From: Camelus dromedarius
Lineage: Eukaryota
NCBI RefSeq assembly: GCF_036321535.1
Contig: NC_087437.1
Span: 109,246,001-109,310,000 of the forward strand
DNA length: 64,000 bases
Direction of reading: 5' to 3'
The position numbers and the translations under genes were made by a program. Below are positions 42,901-57,197 of the stretch, piece after piece. Below the pieces are notes generated by a model. That model did not search any database and had not been told where the DNA came from. It worked only from the letters and a program-made list of their open reading frames with translations. Every line of letters starts with the position of its first letter. The first letter of the stretch is position 1.

Positions 42901-43787
42901 CCCCTATTATACCTCTCCTCCCTTCCCTCTCCCTACTGGTAACTATTAGTTTGTTCTCTATGAATCTGCTTCTGTTTTGTTATATAATTCATTTGTTTTC
43001 ATTTTTTTAGATTCCATGTATAAGTGGTAGCATAGAGTACTTGTCTTCCTCTATCTGATTTATTTCACTATGCATAATGCCCTCCAGGTCCATCCATGTT
43101 GTTACAAATGGCAGCATTTCATTCTTTCCCGTGGCTAAGTAATATTCCATTGTGTACGTGTGTGTGTGTGAGTGAGTGTATGTGTGAGTGTGTGTGTATG
43201 TATATATATATACTGAGCCTTCTGTATACATTCATCTGTTGATGGACACTTAGGTTGCTTTCATATCTTGGCTATTGTAAGTAATGCTTTTATGACATTG
43301 GAATGTACATATCTTTTCAAATTAATGTTTTTGTTTTCAAAGAATTTTAAAAACCACAAGAGAAAGAGAGTAGTTACATACAAGGGGAATTCCATAAAAC
43401 TATTGGTAGATTTCTCAACAGAAACTTTTCAGGCCAAGAGAGAACGAGATGACATATTCAAAATATTAAAAGAAAATAACTGTCAGCCAAGAATTCTACA
43501 CCTGGTGAACCTGTTCTTCAGAAATAAAGGAGGAATAGGACTTTCCTCAGCAAATAAAGTCTAAGGAAGTTCATTACCACTAGACCTGCCTTATAAGAAA
43601 TGCTAAAGGGACTTCTTTGAGTGGTAGAAAAAGAATGTTAGTATCATAAAAACATAAAATAGTGGATGTTAGCTGAATCTACTGTGATAATCAGTTCACA
43701 ATATATATAAATTGAACCATCATGCTGTTCACCTTAAACTTATACAGTGATGTATGCCAATTATTTCTCAAAAAAACTGGGAAAAAA
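39936..43787 (+). mobile_element. L1-derived element: 5' UTR, degenerate ORF1 and 3' end, lacking ORF2 (HAL1-like or internally deleted), interrupted at 42130-43338
   Basis: L1-type start 'ggagtgatgtcaccaagat'; ORF1-like sequence at about 41460-42129 and 43339-43640 (VTYKGNSIKLLVDFSTETFQAKRERDDIFKILKENNCQPRIL); L1 3' terminus at about 43660-43787. Confidence 0.8.
42707..43338 (-). mobile_element. Nested 5'-truncated L1 (ORF2 C-terminus plus 3' UTR)
   Basis: ORF track 43007..43231 gives MEYYLATGKNEMLPFVTTWMDLEGIMHSEINQ (ORF2p C-terminus); poly-T at 42707-42713. Confidence 0.88.
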
Positions 43788-43949
43788 GACACATGAAAGA
43801 ATCCCTCTCAGCCATGAGAGGACACAGCAAGAGGGCAGCCATTTGCAAACCAGAAAGAGAGCTTGCACGGAGAATCCAACCCTGCTGGCACCCTGATCTT
43901 AGACTTCCAGCCTCCCGGACTGTAAGAAATAAATGCTTTTTATTTAAAG

Positions 43950-44092
43950 AAAAATCTTTCCTTTAATCATGTAGGCAAAAAAAAAAAAAAAAAAAAAAGA
44001 GTCATTTTTGGTTATATAAGGTAACACTTGCAGATTCCAGAGAGATCGGGACATGGATATCTTTTAGGGGAGCCACTATTCAGCCTTCTACA
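43950..44092 (-). mobile_element. MLT1C/D-like MaLR LTR, right part
   Basis: 'tataaggtaacacttgcagattccag...ggacatggatatctttt...cactattcagccttctaca' completes the LTR begun at 39561. Confidence 0.8.
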
Positions 44093-44900
44093 AGTATCAA
44101 CATCATTTTAAGAACTAAAAACCACAGCAGTCTGCCCTTCACAGAACTCACATGGGAGATCTTTGGTAGTTTCATTAAATTAAAAAAACAATTGTGATCC
44201 CAGAGAGTCTTGAGCTGCAATCACAAAGTGATTTTTTGGGCAAATTTGCCTAATTTGAGTTGCCTTACAGATGAGGAGAAAGGAGAGCTCAGTCATTTGT
44301 ATACACTTAGCTGTTTTTCCTCTCCTCACTGCACCAAATTCATCAGATACGTGTAAGATGTGAAAAAGATTCTGAGAGTTACACTCTGTCCACACTGTTC
44401 ATGCCATATGTGAGTGTTGAATATATTTACCCATTTGGCCAAGAGGCAGAGCATTGCAGTGGAAAGAGTATGAGCTTATCACAGAGCCGGTTTTAAATCT
44501 CTGAGGTATGACTTCAGGCAAGTTACTTAACCTGAAACTGGGTTATCTCAGATTTCAGTGTTTATTAATGCAGGGTTTTTGAGAGATTTAAATCAAACTT
44601 AACACAATTCTTAAAACATTGAAAACATTTACACTTTTGGCAGTGATTGTTTTTACAACTCCCTTTTATTTTCCTTCCCCACATTCATAACTGTAGTATT
44701 TGGCTTTTATTACCTCATGTGTCAGGTCTCATATATGTAGTCTTTTCTGATCTCTTCTGTATTTCATTTTATGAATCAACATTAGATTCATTGTCCCAAA
44801 GTACAATTCCATAACCATGCAATTTCCTTCAGCATATAAAGTACATAATGGATTTATGTCACCTATAAAGGAGCTTAAACCTTGGTTTTACATTTGAAGT

Positions 44901-45170
44901 TGTGATGGTTGATTTTTTTGTGTGTCAACTTGACTGAGCCATGGGATGCTCAGTTACCTGATGAAACATAATCTCTGGGTGTGACTATGAAGGTGTTTCT
45001 ATTTGAATCAATGGATGAATAAACCAAATTGCCCTCCCCAATGTAAGCAGGCATTATCTAATCCACTGAGAGCCTGACTAGGACAAACAACAAAGAGACA
45101 GAGGAAGAGAAAGTTTGCTTTCTCTGCCTGACCGAGCTGACTGGGACTTCCATCGTTGGTGCTCCTGGTT
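44901..45170 (+). mobile_element. MLT2 (ERVL) LTR fragment
   Basis: 'tgtgatggttgattttt..tgtgtcaacttgactgagcca...ccctccccaatgtaagcaggcattatctaatcc'. Confidence 0.75.
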
Positions 45171-48100
45171 CTCATCTTCTCAGTGCCAGAAAGTATCTGG
45201 GAATACAGAACCTAGCAGTTTACAGTTTAGTAGGAACAAGCACACATTAATATATTTCAATGAAGCACCTAAGTGTGAGGATAAAAATGTGCACACAGTA
45301 ACTGAAGGAAGAAGTATGGATTCTACTTACTCCAATGGCAAAAAGACAAAGCCCCAATGGAACATTCTTGGAAGAAAGAATGCCTAAGCTCTCAAAAGCT
45401 TAGAAACTAGTTGGTCAAGCAAAGATTCACAGCCTGAGTAAAATCATGAAATACAGAATAAATTATATTAGTCATGGTTCCATAGAGAGGTCAGGAATGA
45501 TGAGAAATGAGCCTGGGAAGGCAAGTAGATGTCTGTTCGTAAAAGGTGTTGTGAATCATATTAATATGCTCGGACTTTGCTCTATAGACATTTGGGGATC
45601 ACTGGAAGGTTTCAAGACTAGGATTTTCATGGGCAGATGTACATTAGAGGGAGATCATCTTGACAGAACTGGGGAGGATGACTCAGAGAAAGTCAAGATT
45701 GTAAACAGGAGGTTGACCAGCAGGTAGTTCTCAGAGAACAAAATTTATGGAAACATTCATGTGTCTACATAAGAACATAGGGATGGCATAGCTCCTTCAT
45801 CTCCCTGTCCCAATAACTTGTACAACATTAAATATTAATAGGAAGAGTTTGATAGCAGGATAGACAGGTTTTCTTGAAGAAAGCATTGCTATTAAAATTC
45901 TTACATAGAGAGTATTTTATGGAATCAACTTGTTGGGAACAAACACAACTAGCACAAAACATTTTTCTAGGTACCATTCAGATGGAATGGCTATCATGAC
46001 AGAAGTACATGTTATCACTTGATAATGCTGGAAGTTAAATCAAATTAATGTCAGAAAATGATATGTGGACAGGGAAAGCCTACAACTCTCAACCGAGCTG
46101 TTTATATGGCCAAACAAGATGTGAGTTAAAGTGCTGTGATGCATAAAGAGAAATGCATTTTCAGAACCTAAAACTTTGCCTTCAGAGTTTATGGCCAAGG
46201 AAGACAGACTATAATCCCAAACATTAATACTAGCTTTAAAAAGAGGATGGCATATTTTTTATGGTCAATAGTAGCATCTGTTGTTACACTTTCTGAGATA
46301 TAAGTAATCACATTCTCTGCACTGAGACAAAAAAAAAAAAATCAATATCGAAGGCAAGTAGGGAGCATCCTATTGTGTGTATTTAAGTACATCTCCCAAA
46401 ATTGCAACTTCCTTTTCCTCCTCATCACATCCCAGTTCTACTTTTTGAACTCGGGTCACTCCTTTCTTTATTTTGCAAGTCAAAAGCTGGCTTCATCCAC
46501 TGATGTGTTAACTGAGAGTTAGTAAATAAGCTACTGCATTAAGGTGATAACAACCACCTGAGAGTGGAGAACAATTTATCTATGACTTTGGTTCAGTGGA
46601 AATCTCTACTGAGTTAAAGGTTTGGACTAAGTCAATTTTCAAACCTCTTCTTCATGCTTTTAAAAATGTATGGTTCTAACCTTTCTTCTGACATGTTTGG
46701 AAGGAGGTAGTTATCTCCAGTAAGCTCTATAGGATTTTCAGAAAGCTTTTTCCTAAAGGCAACTTTTCCTTTATGGAGGTCATGCTGTGAGTCAATTCAA
46801 CACATTGTCCAGAGTTTATGGAGCTCTCTAAAAATGAACAGAAATTGGTAGCATTTATCTTTTAATATGGCACATGGATCATAGTAGGATCTTAAAACCC
46901 AGTTCAGAAATCCAGTTTTATTTCCAATTAGTTAATCTATTGTGCCCCTTTGTTTAGAATCTGTTGCACTAGTTTTATTCTTGAATTCAGTGTTCCAGTC
47001 ACTGGAGCAGAGTAATTCCCACCTCTCGTTTCTCTTCCCTGCTTATCCAAGTGGCAAGAGTCCCCTTTTCATGCTCTAACAGTGCTTCCTTCCCTGCCTC
47101 AGATGTCTACAAAGACTCCCTGCCTGGTTCTTTACTGAACTATCTTTTGACCTTCAAAGCCAAGTTCTCCTAACTGCTGCAATTACCTGTGTCTTTCTGC
47201 TTCCCATCCCTAGATGAATATTTCTGTATATGTTTTTTCCCAAACTAATTGTTGACAAGCATTTATTAAATCACCAATGCATTATTGATCAGGGTGAATA
47301 GACAGTGACTAATTCCTGGATATGATAAATAAAATCCATAAGGAATCCATTTTCTGGGATAATGCTGAAGCATATACAATTTAGATAATGATATATAATT
47401 ATATTAGTCATAATTACCATTTACTTGCCTTATGTAGAAGCATTTGCACAAGGGACAATTATAGTATACTTAACTGAAAACAATACTTAAACTATTGTCC
47501 CTATTTTAGGAAATAGCTTTAATTTCTACCCTGCGTTAGACCTCTTGACAGCAACTGCTTAATAGCAAGTGTATCAAATGGTGTGATTTTCTTTTCTCTT
47601 ATCAGACACATTATTTGATGGCCAACAGACAAAAATCAAGAGATAAAAAAGAAAAAAAAGTTTTCATTAATGTCTTATTTGTATTCTCTTTCTCAAGATG
47701 ATATTTATTTTCTGAATAAATTATATATATTTTAGTATCAAGAAAGTAAGTGGTTAGCATTTAACTCTAGGCTGTTGTAATAGTCAGTTTTTATCTTCAT
47801 TTAGTTAAAATGATTTATTTTAATCATTTTCCCTGAAAGGGACTTAAATATATAAAAGAAGATAAAGGCCCCATTCCTAGAGTTTTCCCTGACACAGCCA
47901 TTCTCGTTTGGCACAGGGAGGAAATTGTTTTCTATTGAGAGACAGACTTTTCTTTTCTTTTCTTTTTTTTTTTTTTGAGAGCTAGAGAGAATGTGCTTTT
48001 CTCTGTTTCTGTTGTATTTTTCTTTCTGTTTATTTTCTTCCAATTCTGTGTTTTGATTCAGAGTTTTTCTCAAGTCTGTCAGGCTGAAAATATCTTGCCT

Positions 48101-50842
48101 AATTCATGCTTTGAGCAATTTTCTTTTCCCCAAAACTGGCTGCAGGGACCAGTAGCTCCTTGTCTGGTCCCAGATCCCTGGGCCATCTCCCCAGCATCAT
48201 CTCCACTGCTTAGTCAAGGGTGCCCTCTGGGCTCCAGAAGCCTCTGGTTTGGGCCATGACCAGGTCTAGGGACTAGTGGGTACTTGGAGAACACAGTCAG
48301 GAGAGCACCCTGTGTGTATGTGAATCTGATTTACACAAGTTGTTCTCCATTGTGGGCAATGATAATTGAGAATCTGAAGTTTTATTCTGATTATGTGGTG
48401 ATCTGCCAGGTAGATGAAGGTAATCTTATTCTCCATCTGTACGGTGAGAAGAACTGATGATCTGGTTTGTAGCCTTTTTCTCTTGTTTGAGCGAGACTGC
48501 ATCTCAGAACCACCCTTTCAATTCTGTCCCCATGAATTTTTGTTCCATGTTTACTTTCAACCCATGGCAAAGGTTATAGAACTGAAGCCTCTGCCCTCAG
48601 TGACTCTGTCCTGTCCTGTGTCCTGTGTCTGGAGATGAAAAAAGTCTTTTCCCCTCATTGTGTGAGTGTGACATTTATTTCTTCTTCCAGAAAATATAAG
48701 TAACTTAGATTATAAAACCTTACAAATTAAAGGATTGCTTTTTTTGTTTACATATTTGCTTGCTTATATTAGTGTTCCCAGGGTTCCCATAACACAAACA
48801 GAAGTTTTAATGTATTTGATGTGTCGTCCTTAAAAAAAATCAGAAATTGTTTGTTCAGGAACATTTTTATGTAAAAACCCAAGTTTCTATAACCAAAGTG
48901 CATCTTGGGCCATAGTTAATTGATTTTAAAAATGAAATTTAAAAAAAAAGGACTAAAATGCCATTTCATGGCTTTCCCCTAATTTTTTTTCACTAAGATT
49001 TATAGTTCAAGTGAAATTTTTTTACAGATTTGTTCTTTGTTTTCTGATGAAGAGACTAGTTAACCTGAACTTCCTAAACTTCATACATGGGCTTACTGAT
49101 TAGAAAAGATAGCAATGCTACATAATGCTTAAAATTAAGAAGATGTAAAGTTATGTATGTCATTTTATTAAATTGGATTCTGACAAAATTTTATATCAAC
49201 AGCAATCATGCTTTGTGATGTATCACTTTAAACATAGTTCCCAAGCTCCTTACTAAATTTAAGAGCATGAGCTAGTGTTAAACCAAGTTATTTTATGAAT
49301 AATTTTTGGCTATGTGGATAGTTTCTAGTAAGAGATAATGCTGACATATTGATCACCATATATATGTATGTACATATATACATGCATTTCTTTATATATA
49401 TTATTATTTGTATATGTTATAGGGAAGCTAATGAACATGTTCATTTTTGCCACTTTGAGAAATGTATTCAAAGAATGTTTGGTCCTAGGGGGTTGTATTA
49501 TGGATGCTCAAGCACATAACTTTTGCATATAAACTTCTGTTTACAAAGTAAAGAGAAAATATGTACCAAATTACAGAAAAAGTTATAGTGAACAGAAAAG
49601 CATCAGTATGTGTAGCACAGAAGGTTTGAGGGAACTGAATTTTGTTTGCATTGAAGTGTAGTATCTGCACATAATGAGTCTGGATAAAAGCAAAGAAATG
49701 TGTCAAAAAATTGGCAAAGTTTGCTCAGTTTTGCTGGGTTTATTAGTAAGGCACAAATTTTAATTTTGTGAATACGTTTATGCCAAAAGCTATACGAATG
49801 TTAGACGAGTTTTGTTCTACTTATTTTAAAATGACAACTGGTCTTGGAGTACTTAATCTGATCTTAACAAGAAGACATGACATTTATAATTTACCTTCCA
49901 TGTAATCTGCTCAGATAGACTTTTGTTATCACCAAGTGTTTTCTGCTTTATCCTCATGTTTGAAGACTTTGCTATAAACGATGGACTGGAAACTGGGCCT
50001 TTTTCAAAGAATGGAATCTTACAGCCTCATGGAAAACTGGTGCCAAATACTCTTACTGTTGGCACTTTAAGAAATAGATTTACTGGTACAGACTTTGGAG
50101 CTTAAGGTGATGTCACTCAGACAACTGAGACAGTAGCAGAGCACTGAATCGGAACTTCCAGGGCTCTTTTTAGGTGGACATTATGAAGACATTATGAACC
50201 CAGGATGCTGACCCAACATCTGAATGTACAAGACTTAAGTAAGATTGAATGAATAGTGGAGGGAAACCTAATTGAGGTTATTTGGTTTTGAGTATTGTCG
50301 ATATGTTTTTAAATGTTCTGTTAAGGAAGTGGAGATATCCCTTATCTTTAACCCTCAGTGTAGTAACCTATAAATGACACAGTCTTTATATGGTAACTTA
50401 CTCTCCCTCCTCCTCAGAATTCAGTAACAACTTACTAGCTTTTATGGCAATGTGATTATTTGCATAAATTCAACAAACATCTGTCTTCTATCTTTACCAG
50501 GACACAGTTGGAACCATTGGTTGTATAAATAAGGTCATGCCAAGATTGCCATATCTGAGAACAAATCTCGTTTGATCAGATATCGCAAACCCATCACTAA
50601 GGAACAAGTGTTCTTTATATATAGAACCAAGATCCAGAAGGCCCTCTCAGGAAACTGGTCTGTTATTTGCTCTAAGGTTTACAGAATCTTAGACTTACAG
50701 GTGATAAGGAAAGTCATTTCCTGGCAGGATAGGAAATCTACCAGGTGTAGGATCCCTTAAAGAGAGTGAAATTCACCAAAATGTGTAGGTACTCTAGGGA
50801 TACTGAGAAGATGAGCTTCTTGGATTTAGTTTATTACCCTTG

Positions 50843-51332
50843 TGTGGTAGGGGGAATAATGACTCTAATCCCAAGGGTCCATGTCCTAATCCTCAGAACC
50901 TAGAATGTAGCAAAAGGGATTTTACTGATGTGATCAAGTTAAGGATCTGAAAATGAGATCATATTGAATTATCTGGGTGGCCCCAATATAATCACAAGGG
51001 TCTTTATACAGGAGACTCAGGAGAAGTCAGACAGACAGAAGCAGAGGGACAGAGAGAAGGAGACTGAACGATGCTACATCACCAGCTTTGAAGGTGGAGG
51101 AAAGAATCCACAAACCAAGGATTACAGGTGGCCTCCAGGGGCTGGAAAAGGCAAGGGAACTGATTTTCACCTAGAGCCTCCAGAAGGAACCAGCCCTGCC
51201 TGTATCTTGGCTTTAGCCCAGTGAGACCTGTGTCAGACTTCTGAGCTCAGAATTATAAGAGAATAAATTTGTATTGTTTTAAACCACCAAGTTTATGGTG
51301 ATTTGTTTAAGCAGCAATGGAAAACTAATATA
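50843..51332 (+). mobile_element. Solo MLT1D-like MaLR LTR
   Basis: 'tgtggtagggggaataatg...gctggaaaaggcaagggaactgattttcacctagagcctccagaagg...gcagcaatggaaaactaata'. Confidence 0.85.
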
Positions 51333-53824
51333 CCAGTAAGAGCCACAAAAACATTTGTGGAACAAGAGAAGTTTATGAAAATGCAATCAGAGATCCTTTT
51401 TGAAATTTTCATGTAGATGTTAATTTTCTGACCTTAGTAGCTTCTTAAAACAGATGCTCTGAATCTGCTGGCTTTACTCAAAGAGGTTAATCAAAGCTCT
51501 TACTGCACCCATGTAAATTAATTAGGTCCAAATACAGTAACACCAGACTTTTTTTGTAACATGAATAATCTTCAGAGATCATTTATGATACAAGTGGGGA
51601 CGGTTGAGAAAATTATCTAAAACTTGGAAATGAAATAAAAGGATGACTGCATTGCTCTTAAGGTCATATGGGATCATTGTCTAACCCCAATGATCCAAGG
51701 ATGATTTCATTCTCTAGGGGACTATACTTTCGTTTGTTTTCCTATTTTCTATCATTTAGGGTCAAGACTATGCAATTATACGTTAACTTGTAGACTTTTT
51801 TGACCAATAGAGATACAAATAATTTATGTCTGGTACAAAAGATAACCTCAAAGGTTGTGGTTTTATTGTTCTGTAGGACAATAATCAGTTTTAAATCTAA
51901 CTCAGCATTCTTATTTCAGTTAGCCTCTCTTGGGTGGACTATATAGTCACTGTTCCTTTCGTTCTTCTTTGAACCAGCTTGACTGTCCTGTTGGTTCCGT
52001 CATTAGGGAGTTAAGTGTATTTTTGGCACATACTAATTTACTTTTACATGAGAGTCATGCTGATAACTTTACAACGTTATATATTGACAAATGCTAAGTG
52101 GCCTACATGTATTATCTCATTTGATTCTTCCAGCTAAGATAAGTAGGATTGTCCCCATTTTAATGAAGAGGAAAGAGATCCTACAGTCAGTAAGCAGCAC
52201 TGAAGGGATTCGGAACCAGGTCTGCTTCAGGGTCTTCCTCCTGCACCACACTTTTTTCCTATGAATAAGGTCATGAGAAAGGAAACAAAGATGAGTGGCT
52301 CCCATTTTAAATCCTCACACTGGACTTTGTATGGGTCATGAGGAGAAGATATTCTCAAACCAAGAAAATAAAAATAAATGGAATAGGAAAGATAAACAAA
52401 AATGTTAAATCAGCATGAAGAAGTTAAATCAGACTTCCCACTAACTCAGTGGCATGTTTGAAGCCTGCGTTACCAAACTGACTCAACTTGCTGGGTTTAA
52501 TTCAAAAGTCTCTGCCCTGGCTCCCAGGATCCCATTTCTCAGTTTCTGTGCTTCATCTATGCAGAGCAGCCTCTCCTGAAAGTTAGTATCACACAACTGG
52601 AAAGTGTTGTCAGCCTGAGTCAAAACAAAAGAAGCCTTCAGCCTCTTTTGTGCAGTTCCCTTCTCAGGGGTCCAGGGACGACTGGAATTGATACACAGGA
52701 TTCTGATGGCTATCAGGGTTCAGAGCAAGGGGAACGTACAGAAAGTGTCTGAACTTCTGGTTTTACACTAGTTGGTAGAAATGCCTCTAATTTTCCTCTA
52801 TCACTGCCCTTTCTTGCTCTTTAAAACCCCATTTTACTCATCTACCGGTGGATTAAATGGGTCTCAGGATGGTCCTACTTCCTAGGATTTCCGTTTTGGA
52901 TTTGCCTGTGTGTGGCTGTTCATTGACTTTTTACTGTAAATGTTGGTGACTTTTGCTGACTTAAAATTTAAAGACTGTGAAGCATGTTTTGAAGTAATTT
53001 ATCTTCAGTCTCAATGAGTCTCCTCCCTCGGAGCCTTCTTCCCAGATAACCCCTGGATTCCCCTCTCTTCAGTACTTTGTCTTCTTTATTTTTCATCAAG
53101 CTGAAAATACCACTATTCTGTTAGTCTGAGATATCAGTGATGCCCTGACTTTTATAAAGCACATCACATGGCAATATGTGACAGAACAAATATGTGGTTC
53201 AGAAAACCATGTGATAAATGAGAAGTTTTCAAGTAAAACAGAAAGATTTAATAAAATCATAAATCGATGTGATTTTAGCAGCCTAACAAAAAAAAAATCA
53301 CATATTGCATTTTAAAATTTTAAAAATACTGCTAAGAGGCACTTCACTGGTTTGCTTATTATTCACAAAAAATTGTCATAAAACTGGCTTTGTAAATAAG
53401 ATGCCTTTCAATAGAGTGATGGTTAATTTTAATTGTTAGCATGTTTTAATGTCTGAGCCTGATGTATTAGGAAGGGCTTGACTTTGGGATCAAGCGACAT
53501 GGGATTAGCTGGGTGACCATGGGCAAGTCACTTAACTTCTTCAAGCTCCATCAGCAAAAATTAATACTATCTTTGACTAGTTGTTGTAAAGATCGAAAGA
53601 GATAATCCTTTAAAGCATCTAGAAGAGTATCATCAGATGGAGGCTCAATTAAAACCCAGTTCCTTTATCATCTTGACCTAGTTAGAAATTCCTCCAGTCT
53701 TCTCACAGGTACATGAGCACTCTAAACTACTTTGCAATGATCCTTGTTTTATCTCAGAGCCTTCCTTTATGCTGGTCATCAGTGAAAAACCAACTCCCTT
53801 CCTACATCATCAATTATATTAGTG

Positions 53825-53971
53825 CAGTGGCTGTCAAAGTCTAATGAGCATAGAATCAGTGGGACACTTGTTTGAGGTAAGAGCCAGAGATCTGATTTTT
53901 TTTTCTTTTTTACAATCACTTCTCTTAGTTTTGATGAAGGAGGTCCTCACACTATACTCCAGGAATCACTG
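53825..53971. mobile_element. MER5-like hAT relic
   Basis: Termini 'cagtggctgtcaaagt' and 'ggaatcactg', internal 'gagcatagaatca'. Confidence 0.5.
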
Positions 53972-54109
53972 AGACAAAGCTCAAAGCTTGCCAATTCCAT
54001 AGAACTTTTATTACCTGTATTTGCTGAATAATCTCACCAAACAATCATCAATCAGCAAACAATTATAGATTCTGATTCCAGTGAAGGACTTCACACTCTG
54101 ATGATTAAG

Positions 54110-54190
54110 GTATCTATCTTATCTATCAGTCTATCAATCTAGCTAGCTAGCTATCATCCATTTATCCGTCATCTATCCATTATCTGTCTA

Positions 54191-54232
<42 letters not shown>

Positions 54233-54247
54233 ATCTGTCTATCTATG
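54110..54247. repeat. Compound (TCTA)n/(TCTG)n tetranucleotide microsatellite
   Basis: Directly visible. Confidence 0.9.
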
Positions 54248-57197
54248 TAGAGGAAGTGTATAGTATATAATTGAAAAGTAAATGAGTGTCACTGATAAAA
54301 ATTTTAAAGAATTGGGAAAAAAGAGCTATGCCTGGTATGATCAGTGCAGTTTTTAGAAGAAGATGGAGATTGAACTAGTCCTTGAGGATAAGCAGGGTTT
54401 TAAAAACTGCATGTTCTTAAGTCTCTCAGTATAGTATGGATCTAGCGAAATACTGTCATCATGTGGTTTGGCATGTACTGATTGGATCCTATACCCCTAT
54501 ATTCCAAGATGTTTTTAGAAATAATACAGGCCCCTCTGGGAGAAGACTTTTTGGTGTATTGTAGGCAAAGGAGATCCACTCAGTCTTTTCAGAGTCTATG
54601 CTTGCCTTGAGAAAATAGATTTGTCCCCAAAGATCCTGATTGTTATCATTGTTCTTGGGGTCACACAGATCTCACAGGTCCTTTATTAGGATCTAGTACA
54701 TCAGTCCCTAGCATGGCCCCAAACCAATTTATTTTTTTTGCCAGTGTTCCATCAATGGAGCGCTACTCTGGTGATAGATTAGATTCCATGGCAGGGCCAC
54801 ACAGTGCAAAGCTTGTACATTAATGTGGAGACGAATGAAGGCTGGAAGTTTCAGCCCTATGCCCGTGGTCCTGGGAATCCTATGTGCAGTCAGTCCTGGA
54901 AGCATTTACAAAGATCTGCAGGCTTTTCTCAGCATTACCCTAAAACAGCAATTATAGCAGTAGTGTATAGTGTACCCTGGTGTTTCAGAAACCTCATTAG
55001 AGCACTTCCTTGAAGCAATATTGCCAATTGCCTAGAGAATAAAACCCCACCTCTCTAACATACTATTTACTGCTATTCCTTACTGTTTCCTTTCCACCCC
55101 ATCTATTGTCATGTTTCACCCCAATGGATACACATGGAACTTATGTTCCAACGGTGTAGATGCCTCCCCAGACGGCATAATCGCAATTCATCAATTTTTC
55201 CCTGCTACTCTCTTTACCTGGAATCCTCCCCTTTGACATATTCTTAGACACGTGACTCATTGTTGGAATGTAAGCCTCATAAGGGCAGGGATGGGTGTCT
55301 GTCTTGTTCACTGATACATCCCAACCACCAAAAATAATGCCTGACACCTAGTGAGTACTCACTCAATACTTGCTGAGTGAGCAAAATAATCTATTAAGGT
55401 CAGTTCAGTTCTGAAGCCATTCCCAGTCAGAACACACAGCTTTTCCTCTGCGATTTAATAATATTGTATTGACATCCTATTATAGCTCACATCACAACAG
55501 TGGTAGCACAGTTAGAGCTGGTATTTCCCTCCAGATTAAGGTTTCCTTAGTGTCAGGGGCGGTGCTCTATTTGTCATTTACTTTCATGGCTCACCACACT
55601 TCTTGCACTTAGCAGTGCTGCATGCACGGTATATACTGAGTACTTATGAATTAAATTGAATTTCCAAGTAAGATCTTCCACAAAAACTTACATTTAATAC
55701 TACAACTTTAGAAGACGCAAAAATGACCTACTTAGAAATTATTTGAAAGCAACATGAGCCCTTCTCTGTTAAATCTTCCAATGTCAGAGACTTTTGTGGG
55801 TCTAATTGGATCACAATATGATAGCCCTATTTTGCTCAACCTGTAACTCTTGATTCCTTGAATGTAGCAAGACTTCTGTTGTTCTGGCAAAATCATTCAC
55901 CTCACAGGGCTTCCGTGTCTTCTGTAAATGAAGATGTTGAGTGGAACAGTGTCTGAGATTCATCCGTTTTGTGCCTCCCTCTCTCTGGCTTGGAACTTTG
56001 CCCAAACTCTCAGCATGTACTTACACAAGCATTTTTAAAGATTATTTTTTTTTATTTTAGCCCTATGGGTCTTTTTCTTATTCTTTGACAGGTTCTTATG
56101 CTTTAAATCCCAAGTTTTCACCTACCTGCAACTTCTTAACTAACCCTTTTACAGCTGTACCCATCAGAGCACAAAAAATAAATGGGACTTGCCTAAAGCA
56201 GTATCATGATATTTTGGCAGAAGTGATGAGTAAGTCCTTCAGTTTTGTTTTTCTAAGATCACATTAAGCAATACTATTTCAACCCAAATACTCCACAGCA
56301 TTTATTTCCTCAGGACGAGGATTCTGGGGCTGAAATTCACTCAGCAATGCAAGAACTTCCAGCCAAGTGAAGAAATGAGTCAAATAAATCCCACGGCATT
56401 TCATGAAACTGCCTCAAAACTACAAGAGACTTAATTAGACTATGGCTATTTGACTTAATGATGTTTTAAAACAATATTCACAAATTGTGGGTGAGGGAAA
56501 AAATCGCTTTGTGCCATACTTCAAAGATGTCGTTTTCAAAATTGCTTTAAGCAGGAAGCAACATACATTACTCTGCCTATTGTAGAATAATTAAGTTGGA
56601 ATGGTAAACGTCAATTGTTTTGATACCATTACAGTTCAATTGAATTATGTTAATTAGAACACGTTGGGCATGTTCTCATTTCGATCAGCTTGGTTTCCTT
56701 CTTTCTTGGTGTGGAGCAAAATTTACTATCAGCCATCCCTGAATAAAACCTTTTAAAGTAGGAAAAAAAATTATAAAAGATGGGCTTTCCAGATCTCTAA
56801 TTAGTGAACTACTTTAAAAATGTATTGATGAAAGTACACCTCTGGTTTAATTTTTAATAATGTTATTACCACTGCATTAAAAATGCATAAAACACCTTTC
56901 TGAGAAGGGGAACAGAGCAATGCAGGAGCAATGGAAGTATTGCTGCCACTTGGCACTGAAAATGCAGCAACTGAACTTGGTTCTTTCACAGTGTGAAGCC
57001 TCATCCTTCAACAGTACAGTTGCCAAAAGTCAGTGTCATTATTTTGTCCAACATTTGTGACACCAAAATCAATACCCTTTAAGGTTTTGCCAGACCGTAC
57101 CCTTGGCAAGTTTGAGCCACTGATACTAAATCTGACCGATTTTGGAAGAGACGTGAAAAAAATTACACAATCAAATAGTTCATAAAAAGAAGCTCTT

